Counted from the stretch's first letter, positions 48,889 to 59,341 are shown. The stretch: DNA of 64,000 nt from an uncultured Desulfobacteraceae bacterium (GCA_942491115.1 CALNZV010000019.1:42142-106141), one strand, 5' to 3'. The notes: generated from the sequence alone by a model not told the origin. Program-made: numbers and translations.

Positions 48889-50533
48889 GGTAGATGGCGA
48901 CCGGTTCCGACCGCCCCCTTAGTTCCTGAAGCGGCATGGCCTCCACATTGACCAACGCCTTTACCCCGTCATAAACCGATTTTGAAATGATGGTATCTCC
49001 GGATCCAGCCATGGCATTTATTCGGGAGGCAACATTGACGGCATCACCGATGACGGTATATTCCATTTTGCTTGCTGAGCCGATATTGCCTGCAACGACG
49101 ACTCCGCTGTGAACACTGATGCCCACGGATCTGAGAAGATCCTTTTCACTTCCGACTGTTGAAAGGGAGCGTTGAATTTCGATGGCTGCCACGACCCCTT
49201 TTGCCCTGTGGTCGGCACTATAAACCGGCACCCCGAAAACCCCCAGAACCGCGTCTCCGATGAACTTATCCACATAGCCGCCGTTTTCAATGATGACACG
49301 AGTGGCAATTTCAAAGTATTCGTTGAGTTCCTCGACGAGAGCCGCAGGATCTTTTCCCTCTGAATAGCTGGTAAACCCTCTGATGTCAGCAAAAAGAATA
49401 GTGGCCTCGCACAAACGACCCTTTAACCACGCACTGCCCGGGCTGGCAAGGATCATGTCGGCCACCTGACTGCCAACGTATTTGCCGAAGGATTTCTGCA
49501 TGAGTTGGTTTCTGAACAGCTCCTCACTCATGCGGTTGAAAGCAGATGCCAAATCGCCGAACTCGTCATTTCGTCCGAGCTCGATCCGATGACGGTAATT
49601 ACCCCTTCCGATTTCCTGGGTAGCGTTGACGAGGCGGAACAACGGGTCGGAGAACCAAAACCCCATTACAAAGGTAATAATGAGGCCGGCGAATATGACC
49701 GGAAGCGTCATCATGAGAAGGGAATCCCGTTCCTGGCGAATACTCGTTTCGATGGAGTCAATGGACACCCCCACATGGGCAAAGCCCATTAACTTGTCTT
49801 TGAAACGGACCGGTTTTTCCAGGTTGAGAATGCCGGCACCTGAAGGGAGGCGGTATGTGAAAAAGGACACTTCCCCCAACTCCTGCCGGGAAACCGTCGG
49901 CGCCACCGGATCATACCGGTTTCCCAAGCGATCCAGATCGCTATGGGCCCGAATGATGCCGTCGGAATCGATAATCAAGGCGTAGGCAAGGCCTTCGACC
50001 GCCTTGACGTCGTTGATGAGCGAATTAAGCTTGAGCTCATTCCCTTCCAGTAAATGAATTCTCGCCGCATTGGCAAAGTAGTTCAGGCTGATGGCACCAA
50101 TCATCACCGACTGGTTGTAAAGACGCTCTTTTTGATGCTTCAATATAAAATAGCTCGACACCAGCACCACCGTCGCCATCATCACCGCTGCGGTGGTGGT
50201 CAGCTGCACCCAAATGGGAATACGGGGCCGGCGCCGGAACCCCAAACCAGCCCCTTTATCGGTCCGGAAATAATCACGATTGATCGTCGGCAGCTGTGTA
50301 CCGTCATATCCGCAAAACGTCCGTAAAATGGATAAGGCCGCGCTTTTCGATATCCACCCTTTGTCCACCGCGTGTTGGCTCAGCGCCTTGGCCTTTGGCC
50401 CGGACTCGCCATGGCGCTCTTCCTTCAATGCCTTGAGCTGGTCCTCCGAGACGAGGCCGGTCATCAGCAGTCCGTTTTCAAAGGCGATTTCGATCTTATT
50501 CACGTCGCCCGCGCCGGAGCTTCCATCAGACAT
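48869..50533 (-). CDS. Membrane class III adenylate cyclase (N-terminal helical domain, TM-sensor-TM, HAMP, cyclase)
   Basis: HAMP PLFRLVNATQEIGRG..DEFGDLASAFNRM; FADIRGFT, DKFIGDAV, EYTVIGDAVNVASRI. Confidence 0.93.
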   Translation of the reverse strand: MSDGSSGAGDVNKIEIAFENGLLMTGLVSEDQLKALKEERHGESGPKAKALSQHAVDKGWISKSAALSILRTFCGYDGTQLPTINRDYFRTDKGAGLGFRRRPRIPIWVQLTTTAAVMMATVVLVSSYFILKHQKERLYNQSVMIGAISLNYFANAARIHLLEGNELKLNSLINDVKAVEGLAYALIIDSDGIIRAHSDLDRLGNRYDPVAPTVSRQELGEVSFFTYRLPSGAGILNLEKPVRFKDKLMGFAHVGVSIDSIETSIRQERDSLLMMTLPVIFAGLIITFVMGFWFSDPLFRLVNATQEIGRGNYRHRIELGRNDEFGDLASAFNRMSEELFRNQLMQKSFGKYVGSQVADMILASPGSAWLKGRLCEATILFADIRGFTSYSEGKDPAALVEELNEYFEIATRVIIENGGYVDKFIGDAVLGVFGVPVYSADHRAKGVVAAIEIQRSLSTVGSEKDLLRSVGISVHSGVVVAGNIGSASKMEYTVIGDAVNVASRINAMAGSGDTIISKSVYDGVKALVNVEAMPLQELRGRSEPVAIYRALTLR

Positions 50534-50865
50534 ACCATTCGCTCTCTATCATCATTGAGGGTACGACGTTATTCCTTGGGCCGATCGGTGACGTATCGCA
50601 CGGGCGGTCGAGCCATTAGCGCAGGCGCCGGGGGGTTGATGATCGACACCAGCAGCAATGCGGGTCGGCCGGGGACCGGGAGATGGACCGAACGGTTGAC
50701 GGTCATCCCGAAATCGATCAGGTGCGCGGCGTCGACATCGATATTGGAGCAAATGAGGTGCCCCCTGTCCTTATCCAACCTAGTTTTACTATCGGATGGC
50801 CGATGGGCTGTCAACGGACAAAGGCCCAGGTAATCTCCCGGTTCGTCGACTGACGGGGGACCGGT

Positions 50866-51738
50866 TTATTCGGATTCATGGGGCTGTATTCCCGTTTCGA
50901 TAGTGCTGAGGCATCGACTCAGGCAAAGGAATTCCTCCACGGAAAGGGTTTCCGCCCGCCGGGTGGGGGAAATCTGCGCCATGGAAAGGGCATCCGTTAT
51001 ATGATCCTGCCATTCGGGGTGACCGGCGCCGGCGAGGGCATTCTTCAGGGTTTTCCGTCGCTTGGAAAAGGCCGATCGAACGACCTCGAAGAAATGGTTT
51101 TCTTGGGATTCCGTCATCCTTTCGGTATCAGCGAATTGTATGTCAAGGACGGTGGAGTTCACCTGGGGTCTTGGAAAAAACCGCGATGCATCAACGCCCA
51201 TCAGCTTTGAAACCTGGGAGCAGTATTGAAGTATTACCGAAATTCGGCCATAATCTTTGCCACCCGGCGCTGCCAGGAGGCGGTCTGCGAGTTCCCTCTG
51301 GAACATGAACACCGCCTTTCTGAACCGACGACGATAGGCGATCAAGCGAAGGACAATCTGGGTGGAAATGCTGTAGGGAAGATTGCCGACCGCTACCCAT
51401 TGCCCGCCTTCCGGCTCCGGCAGGTCGTCCATCGATAACTTCAAAAAGTCGGCCTGCCGGATATCCACATTGTCCAGACCGGCCAGGGTCAGTTCCGCGC
51501 TCAACAGGCTGATAAAACGAGCGTCCTTTTCAATGGCAACAACAGAGTGGACAGCGGTTGCAAGGGGAACGGTCAGCGCCCCCAAACCCGGTCCGATTTC
51601 TAGCACGCGATCGGTCTCAGACAAGCGTGCTTTCTTCACAATGGTTTCTGCGACGGCGGTGTCGCACAGGAAATTCTGCCCCCATCGCTTTTTGGCTTTG
51701 AGGTCCCAGGCTTTGAGCAACACTCGAGGCGAAGTCAT
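50866..51738 (-). CDS. rsmA: 16S rRNA m6,2A dimethyltransferase KsgA
   Basis: KKRWGQNFL, LEIGPGLG, EKD, GNLPYSIST, FQRE, FFPRPQVNS, RRAETLS. Start set at the ATG at 51738. Confidence 0.96.
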   Translation of the reverse strand: MTSPRVLLKAWDLKAKKRWGQNFLCDTAVAETIVKKARLSETDRVLEIGPGLGALTVPLATAVHSVVAIEKDARFISLLSAELTLAGLDNVDIRQADFLKLSMDDLPEPEGGQWVAVGNLPYSISTQIVLRLIAYRRRFRKAVFMFQRELADRLLAAPGGKDYGRISVILQYCSQVSKLMGVDASRFFPRPQVNSTVLDIQFADTERMTESQENHFFEVVRSAFSKRRKTLKNALAGAGHPEWQDHITDALSMAQISPTRRAETLSVEEFLCLSRCLSTIETGIQPHESE

Positions 51739-52237
51739 CGGCAGCGATCCTTGGAAGCAGAGGGGAGCAGCATCAGGGGCTTTCCGCTGGCGGACCCAGG
51801 GGCGCATTGGGGGTCTTCGGGTGCATCATCCGTTAATCAACCTCTCGCAACAGCGACAAGGGAGTTGTCACCCGGATTGCCGGACGGGGTTGCTTCATCT
51901 TCAATCGGCTCCAATCCGTTATTCATATCGGTTAAGTCAATAGGATGCAAGAACTACTCATCGAATCTCATCGGAATCATTTTATATATTCTCCATGCCG
52001 CCTTGACTTTGATCCCCGTATTAAGTAATCAACGTCAATACCGGCATCGCCGACTAGAATACTCGTACAGCCGTCTCCGAAGTCATATGCGTGGCTGCCA
52101 AGGACCAGCGGAAGTACCTTTTTTCTATCCAGAGCTGCCAATTCAACCGGTAATTGATACCATGGCGGATAAGCCATCGACAGAATGCGGCAGCACGATC
52201 CCCTAAAGGATGAAATTCACTACAAGGAGGAAATTGG

Positions 52238-52615
52238 ATGCCTGCCAGGAAAAAAGAGAAAAAAGTCAGCTTCGACGCCATGGTCAAGTTTTTCATCCAC
52301 CACTATGGCATACCGACCCGGAAAGACGTCGAGAAGCTGGTGCTCAAGATCGACAATCTCGAAAAACTCGTCAAGGCTACCGCTGCCAAAGGTTCCGGCG
52401 GCCGGGGACGACGCTCCGGCAAGGGCGGAGTTGCGGAGACAGCCTTGGACCAGGTGTTCAACGTCATCAAAAAGGCCAAAAACGGCGCGACGTTTTCGGA
52501 TATCCAGTCGAAGACGGGATTCGAGGACAAGAAAATCCGAAATATCATCTTCCGGCTTAACAAACTGGGTAAAATCGCTCGCAAACGCCGAGGTGTTTAT
52601 ATCTTGGCAGGCTGA
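52238..52615 (+). CDS. Small basic protein with C-terminal winged-helix; candidate DNA-binding protein
   Basis: AAGGAGG RBS; K/R-rich; VFNVIKKAKNGATFSDIQSKTGFEDKKIRNIIFRLNKLGKIARKRRGVY. Confidence 0.8.
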   Translation: MPARKKEKKVSFDAMVKFFIHHYGIPTRKDVEKLVLKIDNLEKLVKATAAKGSGGRGRRSGKGGVAETALDQVFNVIKKAKNGATFSDIQSKTGFEDKKIRNIIFRLNKLGKIARKRRGVYILAG

Positions 52616-52966
52616 TCGACGATCGACGACAGGGCAGCCGCCGTCGAGGGATCATCAAGAACGCCGCCCAGAGGCCATGACCCGGGGCCAGGGTTGACAT
52701 TCGGTTCAAAAGCAGAACGTTAGCTTTACGCCGGCAGTCTGCGACGGTGGCGGGCCTCGACGATGCCAGACCTCAAGGGCCGTCTTAGCAAGACAGCTAC
52801 CATTGGCGTCGGGAATCGTGGCGCCCAAAGCGCCCCGTCTTCGATCTGGCCAACCGTCCCCCGTTATCGAAATCGAACCGGCACCCACGCCTGGGGCTGC
52901 CGGTTTTTACCATTGTCCGATATACGGCGGTGCCATATAACAGGGCCTGAGAGGACCGAGAGAACC

Positions 52967-55942
52967 ATGACGTCGTCACCACATTCCCCAGCCAAAAGAA
53001 CTTCGGATGTCAACCCCGGCACCGCCGGGTTTACAGTGATTCATCGCGCCGATCTCCACCATATCAATGGGGTCCTTTTCCGCCTTCGTCATGAGGCCAC
53101 GGGGGCCAACCACCTTCATATCGCCACAGATGATGTTGAGAATGCCTTCAGCGTCGCATTCAAAACCGTGCCCGGAGACTCCTCCGGCGTTGCCCACATA
53201 TTGGAGCACACGGTCCTCTGCGGCTCCAAACGATATCCGGTAAGAGACCCGTTCTTCTCGATGCTGAAAAGAAGCCTGAGTTCCTTTATGAATGCGTTTA
53301 CGGCATCGGACTGGACGATGTATCCTTTTTGCACCCCGAATCGCAAGGACTTCTACAACCTGTTGGATGTCTATCTCGATGCCACGTTCTTTCCGAATTT
53401 AGATCCACTGAGTTTCAAGCAGGAAGGGCATCGGCTGGATATCGAAACCGACGAAAACGGAAACAACCGGCTCGTGATAAAGGGGGTCGTTTACAATGAG
53501 ATGAAGGGCGCCATGTCCTCTCCTGACCAGGTTCTGGCCCGATCCCTTCTGGAGGCGATCTATCCCGACACTCCATACCGCTTCAACTCCGGGGGAGACC
53601 CGGCCGTCATTCCCGAGCTGACCGTTGAATCCCTCCAGGCCTTTCATCGGATTCACTACCACCCCAGCAATGCCTATTTTTACACCTACGGAAATCTCCC
53701 ATTGGAAGATCACCTGACCTTTCTTCAGGAAAAAGTGCTTCGCCACTTCACCGCTATCGATCCACAGACGGTGGTACCCAGTCAGCCGCGCTGGACAGTC
53801 CCCAGATCCGCATTCTACACCTATCCAGAGGCTCCCGGGGAAGATATCGCCAACAAAAGCCAGGTCTGCATCAGCTGGATGACAGCGGATATCCAGAACC
53901 CATTTGAAGTGCTGACCCTGTCTCTCATCGAGCAGATACTTCTCGGAAACGCGGCTTCCCCTCTGCGCAAGGCTCTCATTGATTCGGGAATCGGATCAAC
54001 CCTCTGCGATACGGCCGGATTCGACGGCGACAACCGCGACACGATTTTCTGCTGCGGACTGAAAGGGGTCGACCCCGAAGATGCCGACCCCATAGAACGT
54101 CTGGTATTCAGCACGCTCCGAGACCTCGTGGGAAATGGCATCGACCCAGAAATGATCGACGCCGCCATTCATCAGGTCGAATTCCACCAGAAGGAAATCA
54201 CCAACACTCCGTATCCTTATGGGCTCAAGCTTTTGCTGACCCTTGCGGGCACTTGGTTCCACGGTGGGGAGCCGGAGCAAGCCATTCAACCCGACAGAAA
54301 CCTCGAACGAATCCGTCGGGAGGCCGGCAACGGCTTTCTGGAAGAGCGGATACGCCACTACCTGATCGACAATCCTCACCGGGTCCGGCTGGTATTGTCC
54401 CCGGAGCCGGGGAAAAACCAGGCGCAGGAGGCCGAAACCGCTCAAAAACTAGAGGCCCAAATGGGCCTCATGACCGACGAGGACCTGGCGGCCATCACCA
54501 CCGACAGCCAAAAACTGGCCGCACTACAAGAGGCTTCGGAAGATGTTTCCGTTCTTCCGACCCTTGCCCTCGGAGATATTCCTCCCTCGGTTCGCCGCAC
54601 ACCGGCCACCGCCACCCTGCCGTCCGAAAGCACGGTCAGCTACGAGGCGGCCACCAACGGCATCTTCTACTTCGCCGGCACCCTGAAGCTCCACCGAATG
54701 GATCCGGACGACCTCTTGCTGGTGCCCTTCTTTTGCCATGCCTTTTCGAGATCAGGGACCCAGAGGCGCGATTTTGCGGAGCTCTCCCAGACCATCAGCC
54801 GATATACGGGGGGACTGGGCATCTCCCTCCAGGCCCGTACCCGGTTCGACGCCGATGAGACACCCCTTCCACTGCTGACCATTACCGGTAAAAGCCTGTC
54901 CCGACACGAAAGTCAGTTGTTCGATCTGCTGAACGAACTCTTTCTGGAAGTGTCCTTTTCCAATCTGGAGCGCCTCAAGCAACTGGCCCTGGAATACCGG
55001 GCGGCATTGGAGGCCATGGTGGTCCAGGGAGGGCACCGATTGGCCATGTCCCTGGCGTCCAGGAAGTTGACCCCGTCGGCTGGAATCAATGAAGACTGGA
55101 GCGGCGTCCACCAGCTTCGATTCATCAAAACCATGACCGCGGATCTCTCCCAGGAACACCTGGGCGAGCTCTCTAACCGGCTGGACACATTGAAGCGACG
55201 CCTGATCGGCCGAAATGGACTGGACATCGCGGCCATCGGTTCACCGGAAGACGTCGAAACGGCCATCGGTCATATCCGCGGTCTCCGAGACCGCCTTCCG
55301 AATCACAGTGAGAAACCGTTCGAAGTTCCTACCCCCGTCTATCCTCTCCCTGCCATGGAAGCGTGGACAACGGCCACCGCTGTATCCTTCGTGGCCCAGG
55401 CCTTTCGCGTATCGCGCTATTTGGACGAGGATTCGCCGGCCCTTGCCGTCATGGCCAAGTTGATGCGCTCCTTATATCTCCATCGGGAAATCCGTGAGAA
55501 AGGAGGGGCCTATGGAGGGTTTGCCGCTTACAACCCCGAAGAAGGCATATTTGCATTCGGCTCCTACCGGGATCCCCATGTCCTTGCCACAATAGAGGTC
55601 TACCGGAAAGCGGCGGCGTTCATCCGCGGGGGCGAGTATGGGGTCGAGGATGTGAAGGAGGCGGTTCTTCAGGTTTGCTCGGAAATCGACAAACCGGATC
55701 CTCCGGGGTCGAGCGCCCGAAAGGCCTTCTTTCGTCGGCAGGTTGGACTGACGGACGACATGCGCGACGCCTTCAAGGGTCGGCTGCTCCATCTGGCGGA
55801 AAAAGACATTCGTAACGCCGCCGAGGCCCACTTCAGCCACCTGGAGTCCAGGTCGTCCATCGCCGTCATCACGTCGACATCCAAGCTGGAGACGGTCAAA
55901 GGGGCTCCGGGATACGACACTCTCGACGCCCACGAGATATAG
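52967..55942 (+). CDS. M16C Zn-metallopeptidase (PreP/presequence protease-like insulinase)
   Basis: GVAHILEH (HxxEH), RDPFFSML, MNAFT, KGVVYNEMKG, IREKGGAYGG, SYRDP. Start placed at the ATG at 52967. Confidence 0.93.
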   Translation: MTSSPHSPAKRTSDVNPGTAGFTVIHRADLHHINGVLFRLRHEATGANHLHIATDDVENAFSVAFKTVPGDSSGVAHILEHTVLCGSKRYPVRDPFFSMLKRSLSSFMNAFTASDWTMYPFCTPNRKDFYNLLDVYLDATFFPNLDPLSFKQEGHRLDIETDENGNNRLVIKGVVYNEMKGAMSSPDQVLARSLLEAIYPDTPYRFNSGGDPAVIPELTVESLQAFHRIHYHPSNAYFYTYGNLPLEDHLTFLQEKVLRHFTAIDPQTVVPSQPRWTVPRSAFYTYPEAPGEDIANKSQVCISWMTADIQNPFEVLTLSLIEQILLGNAASPLRKALIDSGIGSTLCDTAGFDGDNRDTIFCCGLKGVDPEDADPIERLVFSTLRDLVGNGIDPEMIDAAIHQVEFHQKEITNTPYPYGLKLLLTLAGTWFHGGEPEQAIQPDRNLERIRREAGNGFLEERIRHYLIDNPHRVRLVLSPEPGKNQAQEAETAQKLEAQMGLMTDEDLAAITTDSQKLAALQEASEDVSVLPTLALGDIPPSVRRTPATATLPSESTVSYEAATNGIFYFAGTLKLHRMDPDDLLLVPFFCHAFSRSGTQRRDFAELSQTISRYTGGLGISLQARTRFDADETPLPLLTITGKSLSRHESQLFDLLNELFLEVSFSNLERLKQLALEYRAALEAMVVQGGHRLAMSLASRKLTPSAGINEDWSGVHQLRFIKTMTADLSQEHLGELSNRLDTLKRRLIGRNGLDIAAIGSPEDVETAIGHIRGLRDRLPNHSEKPFEVPTPVYPLPAMEAWTTATAVSFVAQAFRVSRYLDEDSPALAVMAKLMRSLYLHREIREKGGAYGGFAAYNPEEGIFAFGSYRDPHVLATIEVYRKAAAFIRGGEYGVEDVKEAVLQVCSEIDKPDPPGSSARKAFFRRQVGLTDDMRDAFKGRLLHLAEKDIRNAAEAHFSHLESRSSIAVITSTSKLETVKGAPGYDTLDAHEI

Positions 55943-56150
55943 AGGGCAGACGTCGGGATGGCGTCCCCACCCCACGGGTGGCACGACCGGTCCTGCCGGT
56001 CGAGAAACCGGCGTGGGTTGGGGTAACCTGACGGCACGCCGGATCCGGCCCATCTTCACAGGGATACAGAAGCATTAACCCCGTTCTTTCAATGCCCAAT
56101 CCATGGGCACCGCTCCCCTCCCCGGGGAGGGGGCTTCGGAAGGATTCCTG

Positions 56151-56178
56151 TTGACTCCAGTGGGTTTGATACTATAAC
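56151..56178 (+). promoter_or_regulatory. Candidate sigma70 promoter for hisS-aspS
   Basis: TTGACT-N16-TATAAC. Confidence 0.6.
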
Positions 56179-56246
56179 AGTCCTTATTTTTGCCACCGTC
56201 GACAGGTTGGCCCGGCAACGATTCGGGACCATCGCATTGGGACATC

Positions 56247-57506
56247 ATGATACAGGCCGTCAGAGGATTCAGAGACATTTTGCCTGGTGACGTTGCGCTC
56301 TGGCAGTATGTAGAGCGAACGGCAGTGGATCTTTTTACTCGATTTGGATTTCGAGAAATCAGACCGCCCATCCTCGAGAAGACGGAGCTGTTCGCCAGAA
56401 GCATCGGGGAGAGCACGGACATCGTCGAAAAGGAGATGTACACCTTTCCGGATCGGAAAGGCGACCCCATCACTATGCGACCCGAAGCCACGGCGAGCGT
56501 GGTCAGGGCCTACGTTCAGCACAACATGTATGCCCAACGCCCCGTTCAAAAACTCTTCACTATCGGCCCGATGTTCCGGCGTGAACGTCCCCAGCGGGGC
56601 CGCTACCGGCAGTTCTACCAGATCAATGCAGAGGTCTTCGGTGTGGCCGCCCCCCAGATCGACGCCCAGTTGATCCTCATGCTGGTCGAGCTCCTGTCCC
56701 ATCTGTCGGTGACCGACGCCTCCGTCCACATCAATTCCCTCGGCTGCCCGGTATGCCGGCCGGCATTTCGAAGCGCTCTCGTAGCGTTTCTGGAGAATCG
56801 GGCCGACGTCCTCTGCAGTGACTGCAACCGCCGAACGGCCACCAACCCCCTGAGGGTACTGGACTGCAAGGTACCCACCTGCCGGGAGGCGTTGACGGGC
56901 GCTCCGGCATTGAAAGACTATCTGTGCGGAGAGTGCCGCAGTCACTTCAACGCCGTCACGACCATCCTCGGCCGATTCAAGGTCGATTACCGCATCGACG
57001 ATCGCCTGGTTCGCGGGCTGGACTATTACACCCGAACGACGTTTGAAATTCAAACGTCCGCCCTCGGGGCCCAAAGCGCGGTCTGCGGCGGAGGCCGCTA
57101 CGACGGTCTGGTCGAAGCCCTCGGAGGGCCGGACACGCCAGGGATCGGTTTTGCCATCGGGTTGGACCGACTGGTGGATATTGTCGGGCTATCCAAGGAC
57201 TCGCTGGAACCGTCGCCTGAAGTGTTTATCGCAGCACTTGGGGACACGGCCATAGATCAGGCCTTCGACTGGATGACCCGGCTTTGCCGAAACGGCATTC
57301 CGGCAGAAATGGATTTCAACGGCAGAAGCCTCAAAAGTCAAATGAAACTCGCCAACCGCCTGAAGGCCCGCCATGTGCTCATCGTCGGAGAAGACGAATT
57401 GTCCCAGGGCGCATTCCCCTTACGAAACATGGCGACCAAGGAGCAGGAAGCCATCCCCGCCGATCGCCTGGTGGAGGATCTGACCTCACGGCTCAAGGGC
57501 GCCTAA
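56247..57506 (+). CDS. hisS: Histidyl-tRNA synthetase
   Basis: VRGFRD, EKEMYTF, RPEATA, FRRERPQRGRYRQFYQ, RGLDYYT, GGGRYDGL, GFAIGLDR. Confidence 0.98.
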   Translation: MIQAVRGFRDILPGDVALWQYVERTAVDLFTRFGFREIRPPILEKTELFARSIGESTDIVEKEMYTFPDRKGDPITMRPEATASVVRAYVQHNMYAQRPVQKLFTIGPMFRRERPQRGRYRQFYQINAEVFGVAAPQIDAQLILMLVELLSHLSVTDASVHINSLGCPVCRPAFRSALVAFLENRADVLCSDCNRRTATNPLRVLDCKVPTCREALTGAPALKDYLCGECRSHFNAVTTILGRFKVDYRIDDRLVRGLDYYTRTTFEIQTSALGAQSAVCGGGRYDGLVEALGGPDTPGIGFAIGLDRLVDIVGLSKDSLEPSPEVFIAALGDTAIDQAFDWMTRLCRNGIPAEMDFNGRSLKSQMKLANRLKARHVLIVGEDELSQGAFPLRNMATKEQEAIPADRLVEDLTSRLKGA

Positions 57507-57544
57507 CGCCCAGACGGGCGCTGCCATCATCGGAGGTAAGGATT

Positions 57545-59341
57545 TTGACGACAGACCCACTTGGAAAGATGCGCCGGACCCACCATTGCTGCCAACTGAC
57601 CACGGAAGACGTCGGCAGGGAAGTGGTGTTGATGGGTTGGGTGCAACGGCGCAGGGACCATGGCGGCGTCATCTTCGTGGACCTGAGGGACCGGGAAGGC
57701 ATCACCCAGGTGGTGTTCAACCCGGAAGTCGATGCAGCGGTTCACGAAAAAGCCCAGGCCATCCGAAGCGAATTCGTTCTGGGCGTGAAGGGGACCGTCG
57801 ACCCCAGGCCGGAGGGCATGGTCAATCCCAAATTAAAGACCGGCGGCATCGAGGTCATGGTCTCCAAGCTGAAAATTTTAAATCCCGCCAAGACCCCCCC
57901 GTTTTTAATCGAAGACGGCGTGGACGCCTCGGAAACCATCCGGCTGAAATACCGCCACCTGGACCTCAGACGCCCCGAGATCCAGAGGAGCCTGGTTGTG
58001 CGCCACCGGACGGCGACGGCGGTAAGACGGTATCTGAACGATGCCGGATTTCTGGACGTCGAAACCCCCATACTCACCCGAAGCACGCCCGAAGGGGCCA
58101 GAGACTACCTGGTTCCGAGCCGTGTGACTCCCGGAACCTTCTACGCTCTCCCCCAGTCCCCCCAGCTCTTCAAGCAGCTGCTCATGATCGCCGGTTTCGA
58201 CCGGTACTATCAGATCGTCAAGTGTTTCAGGGACGAAGACCTTCGAGCCGATCGTCAGCCGGAATTCACCCAGATCGATATCGAAATGGCCTTTGTGAGC
58301 GAAGCGGATGTCATGGACATGGCCGAAGGGCTCATGACTGCCATTTTCAAAGATGTCCTCCATCACGATCTCCCGAGGCCCTTTCCCCGATTGACCTATG
58401 AAGACGCGATCGGGTGCTACGGTCTGGACAAACCCGACACCCGGTTCGGTCTCGAATTGGTCGACGTGTCGGACATCGTGGGAGGGTCGGACTTCAAGGT
58501 GTTTGCTTCCGCGGTTCAGAAAGGAGGGATCGTCAAAGCCCTCAACGCCAAGGGCTGCGCCGGTTTTTCCCGAAAGGAAATCGACGATCTCACGGATTTC
58601 GTGGCCGTCTACCGGGCCAAGGGCATGGCCTGGATCAAGGTCAAACCCGATGGCGAGTGGCAGTCCCCCATCGCCAAGTTTTTCACCGAAGACGAGAAGG
58701 CCGCACTGGCGGCGGCCATCGACATGGCCCCCGGGGACATCGTATTCTTCCTGGCCGACATCCCCCGGATCGTCAACGACGGTCTAGGCTACCTGCGGAA
58801 CCATCTGGGACGAAAATTGAATCTGATCGACGACAGCCGCTTCGACTTCGTCTGGGTGGATCGCTTTCCCATGATGGAATACGATGAGAGCGAAAAGCGC
58901 TATCAGGCCCTTCACCACCCGTTTACCGCCCCCCTCGACGAAGATGTTGACACCCTCTCGACCGATCCACTGGCGGCCTTATCCCGGGCCTACGATCTGG
59001 TGTTGAACGGCTCTGAAGTGGGTGGGGGCAGCATCCGTATCCACGACCCCGGGGTTCAGCGACGGGTATTCGAATCCCTGGGCATGGCGCCGGAGGACTA
59101 TGAGGAGAAATTCGGCTTTCTGCTCTCCGCTCTGGAATCCGGTGCCCCGCCCCATGGAGGGATCGCCTTCGGCCTCGATCGCCTGGTGACCATCCTCTGC
59201 GGCCGCCAGTCCATCCGGGACGTGATCGCTTTTCCCAAAACCCAGCGGGCCGCTTGTCTGCTTACCAATGCGCCGGCGGAAACCGGCAAGGTTCAACTCG
59301 ACGAGCTCTGCCTGAGGATTCGCAAAATCGACCCCCAGTGA
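57545..59341 (+). CDS. aspS: Aspartyl-tRNA synthetase, probably non-discriminating
   Basis: MRRTHHC, GWVQRRRDHGG, TPEGARDY, LPQSPQLFKQ, FRDEDLRADRQPEFTQ, PPHGGIAFGLDR. TTG start after GGAGGT. Confidence 0.97.
   Translation: MTTDPLGKMRRTHHCCQLTTEDVGREVVLMGWVQRRRDHGGVIFVDLRDREGITQVVFNPEVDAAVHEKAQAIRSEFVLGVKGTVDPRPEGMVNPKLKTGGIEVMVSKLKILNPAKTPPFLIEDGVDASETIRLKYRHLDLRRPEIQRSLVVRHRTATAVRRYLNDAGFLDVETPILTRSTPEGARDYLVPSRVTPGTFYALPQSPQLFKQLLMIAGFDRYYQIVKCFRDEDLRADRQPEFTQIDIEMAFVSEADVMDMAEGLMTAIFKDVLHHDLPRPFPRLTYEDAIGCYGLDKPDTRFGLELVDVSDIVGGSDFKVFASAVQKGGIVKALNAKGCAGFSRKEIDDLTDFVAVYRAKGMAWIKVKPDGEWQSPIAKFFTEDEKAALAAAIDMAPGDIVFFLADIPRIVNDGLGYLRNHLGRKLNLIDDSRFDFVWVDRFPMMEYDESEKRYQALHHPFTAPLDEDVDTLSTDPLAALSRAYDLVLNGSEVGGGSIRIHDPGVQRRVFESLGMAPEDYEEKFGFLLSALESGAPPHGGIAFGLDRLVTILCGRQSIRDVIAFPKTQRAACLLTNAPAETGKVQLDELCLRIRKIDPQ

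Noticed and set aside
50552-50833. Short ORFs between rsmA and the cyclase as a sixth cluster gene
   Set aside because: Several overlapping frames, none with family motifs or a clear RBS; more likely a promoter/UTR region.
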